DNA of 23,643 bases from Candidatus Caldarchaeum sp. (GTDB lineage: Archaea > Thermoproteota > Nitrososphaeria_A > Caldarchaeales > Caldarchaeaceae), in contig JAVZZH010000007.1 of NCBI GenBank assembly GCA_038885755.1, forward strand, positions 1-23,643, read 5' to 3'. Positions 8,714 to 16,296 of the stretch are shown here, piece by piece (the stretch's first letter is position 1; each line of letters starts with the position of its first letter). A model generated the notes under the pieces. That model did no database searches. It saw nothing but the letters and a program-made list of their open reading frames with translations, and was not told the DNA's origin. Position numbers and translations under genes: made by a program.

Positions 8714-8971
8714 CTAGCTCTGAGACTCCGGTGGTGATGTCTCGGCCAAGGCCGCGGCATCCGCAGCGGCTTTCGCCTTCTTCATTTCAAGCTTCTTCAA
8801 AGCCACGAGGTACCCCGCTATCCTGTTCGACAGCTTCTTCGAATACCTCCCCTCCAGAACGCTCCTCACCAGCTTCTTGTTCTCCTCGAAGCTTATCGTT
8901 ATCTTGTCGGAGTTCTTCTCCATAATCTCCCTAGCCAGCGTCTTTATCTTACGCGTCCTCACCTTGCCCAG
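8714..8971 (-). CDS. rps17e: 30S ribosomal protein S17e (probable CTG start at 8971; GTG 8962 is the alternative)
   Basis: (M)GKVRTRKIKTLAREI...FEENKKLV...SKKLSNRIAGY. An SD-like AGGTGA lies 7 nt upstream of the CTG. Confidence 0.92.
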   Translation of the reverse strand: MGKVRTRKIKTLAREIMEKNSDKITISFEENKKLVRSVLEGRYSKKLSNRIAGYLVALKKLEMKKAKAAADAAALAETSPPESQS

Positions 8972-9007
8972 AAATCTATCACCTAGGCTCTCGGGGCTCT
9001 GCGCAGA

Positions 9008-9013
9008 TTTAAA
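9008..9013. promoter_or_regulatory. Palindromic TTTAAA box, likely shared by divergent rps17e and the glycosyltransferase operon
   Basis: ~27 nt before TTG 9040. On the minus strand it gives a short leader containing AGGTGA. Confidence 0.5.
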
Positions 9014-9039
9014 GATTAAGACGCGGGCTTATCAAAGGC

Positions 9040-10065
9040 TTGAGGGAAGTGTTCGACGTTGTTCTGGTGTCGCCGACCAGCCGCGGCATGGGAGGGATAG
9101 CGCAGCATGTCGAGGGGTTGGCAATCCGCTTGGCCCGTAGAGGCTACCGGGTCTGCACAGTGTCGTCCGAGAACACGCCCATAGTGAGGGTCAAGGGCCT
9201 CAGGAACCCTTCGTTCATGGTTTCGTCGACCTTACGGTCTTTCTCGATGCGGGCGAGGGTTGTCCACGCCCACAACATCCCAGCCGCCCCGGCTATGAGG
9301 TTCTCGGATGCTGGTCGCCGGGTCCTCACCCTCCACGGCGTTTACGCTGAGCAGGTGGGTCTGCTGCACGGAGGCTTGCTGGGGGCGGCGGCATCGCTTG
9401 CTGAGAGAGTGTCTGTCAGGTGGGCTGACGTCTCGACGACCGTCTCACGTCAAGTGGCTGAGGCTTACAGGAAGCTCGGGCTCGAAGTGGTTTACGTGCC
9501 CAACGCCGTCGACGTTGCAGGGGATGAGTTGGAGGCTTTTAGGGTTGGCGCGGTTCAAGCAGTCTACGTGGGCCGTCTCTCGAGGGAGAAGAACGTCGAG
9601 GCAGTGGTAGAACTAGCTCGGAGAATTCAAGGAGCTACGTTCCTAGTGGTGGGGGATGGGCCTGAAGCTGGAAGGCTCAGGCAGAAGGCGAAAGACGTTA
9701 AGAACATCGTCTTCACCGGTGGAGTTTCTCGGAAAAATGCTTTAAAATACATAAAGGGCTCGGACGTGCTCGTCCTCCCCTCTTTGATGGAAGGTTTGAG
9801 CACAGTAGTGCTGGAAGCCATGGCTCTGAAGACCCCCGTCGTAGCCAGCAAGGTCGGGGGGAACGTGGAGCTCATTCAGGACGGCCGGACTGGCCTGCTT
9901 GTCAACCCTAAGGACGTCGAAGACCTCACGGAAGCGGTTTCAACCATCCTCAACGACAGGCCGCTAGCCCGCAGGATCGCCGAAAACGCATACCGGCATT
10001 TCTTGGAAAACTACTCATGGGACGTCGTCCTCCCCAAATACCTGAAGGTGTACGGCCTTGAGTAG
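9040..10065 (+). CDS. GT-B fold glycosyltransferase, family 4
   Basis: GGIAQHV, VVHAH, TLHG, VPNAVD, YVGRLSREKN, VVGDGP, LPSLMEGLSTVVLEAMA (E-x7-E), VGGNVELI. Confidence 0.93.
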   Translation: MREVFDVVLVSPTSRGMGGIAQHVEGLAIRLARRGYRVCTVSSENTPIVRVKGLRNPSFMVSSTLRSFSMRARVVHAHNIPAAPAMRFSDAGRRVLTLHGVYAEQVGLLHGGLLGAAASLAERVSVRWADVSTTVSRQVAEAYRKLGLEVVYVPNAVDVAGDELEAFRVGAVQAVYVGRLSREKNVEAVVELARRIQGATFLVVGDGPEAGRLRQKAKDVKNIVFTGGVSRKNALKYIKGSDVLVLPSLMEGLSTVVLEAMALKTPVVASKVGGNVELIQDGRTGLLVNPKDVEDLTEAVSTILNDRPLARRIAENAYRHFLENYSWDVVLPKYLKVYGLE

Positions 10066-10969
10066 GGTTGTGATCACCGGCGGAGCGGGTTTCATCGGGT
10101 CAAGAGTTGTCGTCAAGTTTCTCGAGCAAGGCTACAGCGTTGACGTGGTTGACGACTTCTCGACCGGCGAGCCGGAGAGCTTGCCGGCTCATCCGAGGCT
10201 CAGGGTCTTTGTGCACGACGTAAGTGTCGAGGAAGGGTTGGAGAAGTTTGTGAAAGGCGCCGATGCCGTGGTGCATCTGGCTGCGGTTTCATCCGTTCCA
10301 GCATGCGAGAGAGACGTCAAGCGGGCTTTCGAGGTCAACGTCAAGGGTGTGGAGAACGTGGCTAGAGCCTGCTTAAGGGCGGGCGTCGAGAGGATTGTCT
10401 TCAGCTCCTCAGCCGCAGTATACGGCGGGGGAGACCTCCTAACCGAGACCAGCCCAACCAACCCAGTCTCCGTCTATGGAAACACTAAGCTGGTCGCCGA
10501 GGAGATGCTGAGATGCTTGAGCGAGGAGGAGAATGTCTGCACCACGGTGCTCAGGATATTCAACGTGTACGGGAGAGTAAGACCCGGCAGGGGAGTTTAC
10601 GGAGTGGTCGACCAGTTCATCGCAGACGCCCTCTCCACAGGCTGTTTGAAAGTCTTCGGAGACGGAAGACAGGTCCGGGACTTCATCCACGTCGACGATG
10701 TTGCTGAGGCGGTTCTCAGGGCCGTCGTTAACGCTGCCGACGGTTATCGAGTCTTCAACATCGGTTCGGGGCAGGGCGTATCAGTGGCCGAGCTAGCCCA
10801 ACTCATCCAAGCATCGATACCATTCCGGAAGATAGAGGTCGTACACCTGCCCGCAAGGCCAGCCGACATCAAGCAAAGCGTAGCCGACCTTTCGAAGGCG
10901 TTCAAGCATCTCGGGTTCAAGCCCAAGTTTAATCTTAAAACCTACATCGAGCAACGACTAAGAGGATGA
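10058..10969 (+). CDS. NAD-dependent nucleotide-sugar epimerase/dehydratase (extended SDR, GalE-like)
   Basis: TGGAGFIG, HLAA, SSAAVYG, YGNTK (YxxxK), FNVYG, GDGRQVRDFIHVDD. Confidence 0.93.
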   Translation: MSRVVITGGAGFIGSRVVVKFLEQGYSVDVVDDFSTGEPESLPAHPRLRVFVHDVSVEEGLEKFVKGADAVVHLAAVSSVPACERDVKRAFEVNVKGVENVARACLRAGVERIVFSSSAAVYGGGDLLTETSPTNPVSVYGNTKLVAEEMLRCLSEEENVCTTVLRIFNVYGRVRPGRGVYGVVDQFIADALSTGCLKVFGDGRQVRDFIHVDDVAEAVLRAVVNAADGYRVFNIGSGQGVSVAELAQLIQASIPFRKIEVVHLPARPADIKQSVADLSKAFKHLGFKPKFNLKTYIEQRLRG

Positions 10970-10976
10970 TTAGGAC

Positions 10977-11660
10977 TTGGTCTTGTCTGCTAAAATCTTC
11001 GAGCTCAAACAGCAAGCCTCCCTCATGGAGATAGCTGAGAAGCTGAAGGACTTCAGGGTCTCGGAGACGCAGAAACATGGCGACAAGGAGTTTGAGCTCG
11101 TCACGGATTTGACGGACCTTGACCTTAAGAACGATGCTCTCTACTGCACGTTTTCCAAGGACAAGGTAATCTATGTCAACCGGAGGGAGGGCCTGACGCC
11201 TATGGTTGCAACCGTGAAGGCGACGATCTTCTTCCAGAAAAGGAACAACAAGACCTATCTCACGGTTGTGCAGAACAAGCACTTCGCCAACTACGTGGCC
11301 AGCTTCCTGTCGCATCACCTCTTTCTCAACTACAGAAGCATAGTGGAGGCCCGGATACCGCCGGAAAACCTTCAAAGACACCACGAGGCCAACCCCGAAG
11401 CGACCAAGGTCATCTTCTTCGACAACCTCGACTACCCGGGAGTAGACAAAGTCGCCCTGTACGGCAAATCCCTGATATCCACGGGGAAGTATGAAGAGTA
11501 TCTGGCTCATGGCAAGATATGGTACCTCGTCTTCTCCGTCAAGGGAGCCAACGCCGTACTAGGGGCGACTAGGAACGGGGTCGTCGTGTCTTTCTCCCGC
11601 ATGTCTGAGGGCCAGTTCATTCAGTACATTCTGGACAACGTGTTCCCGCTTCTGGACTAG
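10977..11660 (+). CDS. Hypothetical protein (227 aa), co-oriented with the GT/epimerase genes
   Basis: Long ORF with host-like codons. A conservatively substituted relic copy at 13299-13539 indicates selection on this frame. Confidence 0.85.
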   Translation: MVLSAKIFELKQQASLMEIAEKLKDFRVSETQKHGDKEFELVTDLTDLDLKNDALYCTFSKDKVIYVNRREGLTPMVATVKATIFFQKRNNKTYLTVVQNKHFANYVASFLSHHLFLNYRSIVEARIPPENLQRHHEANPEATKVIFFDNLDYPGVDKVALYGKSLISTGKYEEYLAHGKIWYLVFSVKGANAVLGATRNGVVVSFSRMSEGQFIQYILDNVFPLLD

Positions 11661-11944
11661 ATTACCGCCTCCTATGCGACCCCCGCCAGCTTCAGGTAAA
11701 CCCTCTCCATGATGTGTGATGCGAGCAACCCGGCTACGGCCGGGCTCAACAGGTAGATGGTAGGCTTCAACGTCGCAAAGCCTCCTTCAATCTTCTCCAC
11801 ACATACATCGGCTGTCGGGCGCCATCTCGCCCTTGGCTAATTCAGTGCTGTCTTCATCAACACGAGCTTGGCGTCGGCCATGCTCATCTGCCTGCCGTTG
11901 ACCTTCATCCTCACAGTCAGGACTTCTGCGCCAGACCTCGTCAT
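11657..11944 (-). pseudogene. Displaced 3' fragment of the MscS-like gene (homologous to 13536-13829)
   Basis: Reads MTRSGAEVLTVRMKVNGRQMSMADAKLVLMKT/TELAKGEMAPD/ADVCVEKIEGGFATLKPTIYLLSPAVAGLLASHIMERVYLKLAGVA*EAVI*, with two frameshifts and one internal stop relative to the intact copy. Confidence 0.92.
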
Positions 11945-11987
11945 GAAAATAAATCTCTATATGGTGCTTCCGTAGATTTTCCTTGGT

Positions 11988-12953
11988 ATGCGGCTGTATT
12001 CTGACAGGCTTAAAGTATTTGGTATCATCGCCCTCGTTCTGATTGGTGTAATAGGGTATGTTCATGGTCAAACCACCATCACCACAACCACCACCCGTGT
12101 GATAACGGTTCAGCCAACCACCTACACCACGGAGACGACAATCTCCGGCACGACAATCATAGCCACCGTGCAGGTTCCCGGCTACGTCTTGGTGATTGAG
12201 GTGAGGCAGCCCGACCAAGTCTGCACATACACTTTCACGGCCCAAGCCCCACCGTCAGTGATAACAATTCCCGGGACAACAATATCTATACCCGGAATCA
12301 CGTTCACCACTGTTTTCACCCAGCAAAGCTATGCGACCACCGTGACACGGGTTCAAGGCGGGTCAACAGCAACCCGAACAGGGATTGAAAACATGCCTGT
12401 GGTCGTCGGCGGTTTCACCATGACGATGCCCGTCTACGGCCAAATCCGGGAAATCTGCAGCATCATCACCATCACTGATATATTGTCCTACGTCCTTCAA
12501 ACTGTTCCAGCCACTGTAGTGGTGGCGGTTGGCGGGTTTTCCACAACCTTCACCGGAACAACATTCACCCTGACAGGAGTGTATCCGACAATCACATTGA
12601 CGACGACAGGAGTTAGCACAGTTAAAGGAACTACTGAAAGACGTTCAATAACTTTTCCAGGCACGTTTTTCACCACGACTGAAGTTGTCAGCCCTACTAC
12701 GTTAAAAAAGACTGAGGTCGTTCCGGGGACTACGAGAACCGAGACCATCACAACCGTCATAACCCTTCAGCAGACCACGTCGCCGGCTACAACAACACCG
12801 ACGCCTACGACAGGCGTTGCTACACAGCCTCAGACAACCTTTCAAACCATTACACAGCCAGCTCAAGCACCCGCCTTAGACATCCTGATACCGATAGCTG
12901 CGGTCATCGTAGTGGTTATCGTAGTGATCTTGGCGTTGAGATTGAGAGGTTGA
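11988..12953 (+). CDS. Thr/Val/Ile-rich cell-surface protein with signal peptide and C-terminal membrane anchor
   Basis: N-terminal basic plus hydrophobic signal ending VHG-Q, a beta-prone Thr-rich body, a T/P/Q linker, and TM ILIPIAAVIVVVIVVILAL with a basic RLRG tail. Confidence 0.88.
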   Translation: MRLYSDRLKVFGIIALVLIGVIGYVHGQTTITTTTTRVITVQPTTYTTETTISGTTIIATVQVPGYVLVIEVRQPDQVCTYTFTAQAPPSVITIPGTTISIPGITFTTVFTQQSYATTVTRVQGGSTATRTGIENMPVVVGGFTMTMPVYGQIREICSIITITDILSYVLQTVPATVVVAVGGFSTTFTGTTFTLTGVYPTITLTTTGVSTVKGTTERRSITFPGTFFTTTEVVSPTTLKKTEVVPGTTRTETITTVITLQQTTSPATTTPTPTTGVATQPQTTFQTITQPAQAPALDILIPIAAVIVVVIVVILALRLRG

Positions 12954-12961
12954 CGGCTAAG

Positions 12962-13296
12962 CTTGGGAGGCTTTATCAGCAAAGTTAAGGGATTAGGGTT
13001 TGGCAGCGACGTGTCAGCTGCGCGAAGCCAACTTCGCGACAGTGGGGGGCGGGGCTGATTTTTACAGGCTTAAGAAGGATTGGAGAACGTTCTCTTCACA
13101 GGCGAGGTTAGCAACGGAAAGGGCCCCGGATACATCGCTGCTTGTCCTTCCACCGCTCGTGGAAGGGCTTTAGCACTGTTGTGCTTAAAGCCATGGCCTG
13201 TCAAACCCCTGTGGCTGCAACCGATGTAGGCGGTAGCACACAACCCCTCGTAGAAGCAATAACGAAGGTTCTTGGCGACAGACGGTTTGCTGAAAG
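12962..13296 (+). pseudogene. Decayed C-terminal half of a GT4 glycosyltransferase (homologous to ~9568-9972)
   Basis: Frameshifted pieces LGRL, QLREANFATVGGGADFYRLKK, LENVLFTGEVS, LLVLPPLVEGL/STVVLKAMACQTPVAATDVGG and LVEAITKVLGDRRFAE are collinear with the intact GT. Confidence 0.85.
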
Positions 13297-13298
13297 CT

Positions 13299-13539
13299 TT
13301 CTACAGCCTTGACATCCCGGGATTGGACAAGGTCTCACTCTATGGCTGGTCGCTGATATCTACAGGTTTCCCGTGAGCCAGACACTCTCCATACTTATCT
13401 GGTATCTTGTCTTCTCGGTCAAAGGCTCCGATGCTGTTCTAGGCGTCGCGAGAAGCTGCGTCGTGGTTGCTTTCTCCGGATGGTCGAGGCTCAGTTCGTC
13501 CAATACTTTCTTGACAACATTTTCCGGTTAATCGATTAG
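13299..13539 (+). pseudogene. Decayed 3' end of the 10977-11660 hypothetical gene (homologous to ~11418-11660), containing a ~30-bp inversion
   Basis: FYSLDIPGLDKVSLYGWSLISTG [inverted KYGECLAHGK] IWYLVFSVKGSDAVLGVARSCVVVAFS/MVEAQFVQYFLDNIFRLID*, versus intact FDNLDYPGVDKVALYGKSLISTGKYEEYLAHGKIWYLVFSVKG...LDNVFPLLD*. Confidence 0.92.
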
Positions 13540-14273
13540 GTCATGGCCTCTGTAGCTACCTCCGCAAGCTTGACGTATACACGCTCCATGATGTGTGAGG
13601 CAAGCGCCTCGGCTTTAGCTGGATTCATCAGATAGAGAGTGAGACGCAGCGTCACATAGTCGCCGTCAATCTTCTCGACACGTACCTCAGCAGCTCTGTT
13701 GGGAGCCATCTCACCCTTCGCCAAATCCGTTCCCGTTTTTAACAGCACTAGCTTTGCATCAGCCATGCTTATCTGCCTTCCGTTGACCTTTATCCTCACA
13801 GTCAGGACTCCTGCGCCAGACCTCGTCATATTGACATGCTTCTCGGCGAGGAAAACGTCGTTGGGTACGAGGACCTTCCTCAGGTCCGAGGTTGTCAGGA
13901 CTGTGTGCGTCGCACCAACCTCTGAAACTCTAGCCGTCTGCTTTCCGAGGACTATGTAGTCTCCTTCCCTCAGAACTCCGCCGGCCTTCAACGCGTCGCC
14001 GACGACAACCAGTTTTAGAGGCTTGTAGCCCGCTGCCAGTAGGACGCAGATTGACGCCGTCAGCAGCAGGCCTAGGGCTTGGTCAAGCTTGTAGGCCTCG
14101 AACACGAGGAGACCCAGCCCTGCGATGAAGGAGAAAACCCCGCCCAGCCTCACGAACCCTCCCAGCCTCGGTGAGAACAGGTCGGATAAAGGGCCTAGGA
14201 AAACCCTCGACACGATAGACAAGCCTAGGAGAGTTAGGGGCCAGAGATAGGCGGCAGCCTCCGGGCTAAGCAT
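13536..14273 (-). CDS. MscS-like mechanosensitive channel family protein (probably chimeric)
   Basis: Three N-terminal hydrophobic segments, LREGDYIVLG, RVSEVGATHTVLTTSDLRKVLVPN (MscS beta-domain pattern) and a C-terminal alpha/beta domain. Confidence 0.8.
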   Translation of the reverse strand: MLSPEAAAYLWPLTLLGLSIVSRVFLGPLSDLFSPRLGGFVRLGGVFSFIAGLGLLVFEAYKLDQALGLLLTASICVLLAAGYKPLKLVVVGDALKAGGVLREGDYIVLGKQTARVSEVGATHTVLTTSDLRKVLVPNDVFLAEKHVNMTRSGAGVLTVRIKVNGRQISMADAKLVLLKTGTDLAKGEMAPNRAAEVRVEKIDGDYVTLRLTLYLMNPAKAEALASHIMERVYVKLAEVATEAMT

Positions 14274-14370
14274 TCCAGCGGACTGCTGAGAAGGCCGTTT
14301 TTACCCTTTAACCCCGAGCAGTTCAGGCAGACTATCCATGTATGCGAGGAACAGATGCCAGTGTATTGTT

Positions 14371-14580
14371 TCAACGCTCGAAGAATGCCAGCGTGCTGTC
14401 TTTCCCGAGCTCAGATGTTTTGATGAGCTTGGCTGTCGGCGATTTAGCCTTGCGTATGACGTGGTAGCCGCAGAAAGGACACTGGGACTCGGCGTGCTTA
14501 GTAAGCCTCTCCTTCTCAAACTCCTTCCCGCATTTAACGCACTGGTAGAACGTTTTGGAGTCGAGGTATGGCTCTCCCAT
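14371..14580 (-). CDS. rpoP: DNA-directed RNA polymerase subunit P (Rpo12)-like zinc-ribbon protein
   Basis: YQCVKCGKEF...QCPFCGYHVIRKAKSPTAKLIK matches the Rpo12 pattern YxCxxCG...CPxCGx(R)I..K.R....K..K. Start placed at ATG 14580. Confidence 0.72.
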   Translation of the reverse strand: MGEPYLDSKTFYQCVKCGKEFEKERLTKHAESQCPFCGYHVIRKAKSPTAKLIKTSELGKDSTLAFFER

Positions 14581-14649
14581 CTCTGGCGTCGATGAATGCT
14601 CGGGTTGTTGATAAACGTTAATTATGTCCCCGCCGGTCCTCGACACAGG

Positions 14650-16269
14650 TTGATAAACCTTAGCTTGGCGGTTCTCGTGGTTCTTTCTGGAGCTGTCGTG
14701 ATGTGCATAGAGCTCGCCTCCAGCAGGCTTCTAGCCCCCATATTCGGAAACACCATCTTCGTTTGGGGCAGTTTGATCGGCGTCGTCCTCACGGCTCTGT
14801 CGGTGGGCTACTGGCTGGGCGGCCGGCTGGCTGACAGGGTCTCCAGCATAAAAACTCTCGAGGCCATCGTCTTCACCGGTGGTCTTCTGACGTTCTCCAT
14901 CCCCTTTCTCTCCCCCATGGTGCTGGAGGTTGTTGCGTCGGCAGGGCTGGATGAAAGAGCCGGGCCCCTGCTGGCTACAACGATTCTGCTCGCGCCTCCA
15001 AACATCCCGCTTGGAATGGTTTCGCCCTACGCCGTGAAGCTTCTGTCGTCTGCGCGCAGCAGAGTCGGGTCTTCGGCGGGCGACGTCTACTCTTTGTCGA
15101 CCGCTGGAAGCATAGCCGGTACTTTTCTCACGGTGTTCGTGCTTCTTCCGAACCTAGATGTGAGGACTGTGATTCTCGCCGGAGGGGCTTCGCTCATGGC
15201 TGTTTCAGCCCTCCATCTTTCGAAATCATCCAAAGCCATCACCGTCGCTCTCTTCCTGACGGTCTTCACGCCTGCGGGATTCGTCGTCCAATCAATCACG
15301 TCGACGGGCGGAGAAGTAATCTACGTCAAGGAAACCCTCTACAACAGCATGGCGGTCGTGAGGCAGGATGAAATCCTGACGATGTACTTGAACGGCCTGC
15401 CCCACAGCGCAACCTCGGTCAACGACCCTTACAGGCTCGTGTTCGCATACACCCGGTTCTTCGAGCTCGGCCCAGCGCTCAACCCAAACGCTTCAAGGGT
15501 GTTGTTCGTCGGAGGCGGTGGTTTTTCAGGGCCTAAATACTTCATCAAAACCTATTCACAAATCAAGGTCGATGTGGTTGAGCTTGACCCAGACGTTGTA
15601 GAGGCTGCGAAAAAGTTTTTCATGGTCCCTGAAACCGATAGGCTCAGAATCTTCGTCGACGACGGCCGGATGTTCCTCCAGAGGGTTGAAACAGTTTACG
15701 ACGTCGTTGTGCTCGACGCCTACGCAAAGACCTATGTCCCTTTCCACTTGATGACGCTTGAGTTCTACGAGCTGGTGAAGAGAAGGATGTCGAGCGACGG
15801 CGTGCTTGTCGTAAACCTGATAGCATCCCTTACGGGAGACACCTCTGAAATATTCTGGGCGGCTTACAAGACTGTTGGGATGGTTTTTGAGAGGCTTTAT
15901 GTCTTCAAGGCCTCGGAATACTCGAGCGGAACTGTTCAAAACCTCATCCTCGTCGCCTGCGTTTCTTCATCATGCAGCCTAGAAGACGCCGTGAAACGTG
16001 TTAGGGATGGATGGCTGGCTGAAAGAGTCAAAACCAGCCTCTGGACGGTGGTCCCGCCCCTCGATGAATACCCCTTGCTGACCGACGCGTACGCTCCCGT
16101 TGAGAGGATGATAAACCCCGTGACCGGGAAGCCTTACTCGGTCGAGCTTGAAGGCTACAGCGGCAGCCTCCCCGCGCTGCTGTACACGGGGAGCAACGCA
16201 TTCTCGCTCGCCGCCGTCTTCATGGCTTTGACGGTTTGGTTCTTCAGCCTGCTGTGGCGAAACCTCTAA
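14650..16269 (+). CDS. Fused membrane (MFS-like) domain / spermidine synthase-like SAM-dependent transferase
   Basis: SGAVVMCIEL..SRLLAPIFGNTIFVWGSLIG TM region, then VLFVGGGGFS, VDVVELDPDVV, DDGRMFL, YDVVVLDAY, TLEFY, LTDAYAPVE. Start moved to TTG 14650 (TTAATTAT at 14618-14625). Confidence 0.88.
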   Translation: MINLSLAVLVVLSGAVVMCIELASSRLLAPIFGNTIFVWGSLIGVVLTALSVGYWLGGRLADRVSSIKTLEAIVFTGGLLTFSIPFLSPMVLEVVASAGLDERAGPLLATTILLAPPNIPLGMVSPYAVKLLSSARSRVGSSAGDVYSLSTAGSIAGTFLTVFVLLPNLDVRTVILAGGASLMAVSALHLSKSSKAITVALFLTVFTPAGFVVQSITSTGGEVIYVKETLYNSMAVVRQDEILTMYLNGLPHSATSVNDPYRLVFAYTRFFELGPALNPNASRVLFVGGGGFSGPKYFIKTYSQIKVDVVELDPDVVEAAKKFFMVPETDRLRIFVDDGRMFLQRVETVYDVVVLDAYAKTYVPFHLMTLEFYELVKRRMSSDGVLVVNLIASLTGDTSEIFWAAYKTVGMVFERLYVFKASEYSSGTVQNLILVACVSSSCSLEDAVKRVRDGWLAERVKTSLWTVVPPLDEYPLLTDAYAPVERMINPVTGKPYSVELEGYSGSLPALLYTGSNAFSLAAVFMALTVWFFSLLWRNL

Positions 16270-16296
16270 AAACATCCGCCCGTTATTATTGACGGG

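Larger units (their letters stand above)
11907..13829 (+). repeat. 38-bp direct repeat, 1 mismatch (11907-11944 and 13792-13829), bounding the inserted segment
   Basis: atcctcacagtcaggactYctgcgccagacctcgtcat. Homology ends abruptly after 11944/13829. Confidence 0.9.

Noticed and set aside
11787-12245. 152-aa minus-strand ORF containing TELAKGEMAPD
   Set aside because: A chance read-through made of antisense of the Thr-rich gene plus one frame of the mscS pseudogene.
11657-13829. Diversity-generating retroelement (TR/VR) or IS explanation for the diverged repeats
   Set aside because: Differences are not adenine-specific but concentrated at silent positions. There is no reverse transcriptase, transposase or terminal inverted repeat in the window.
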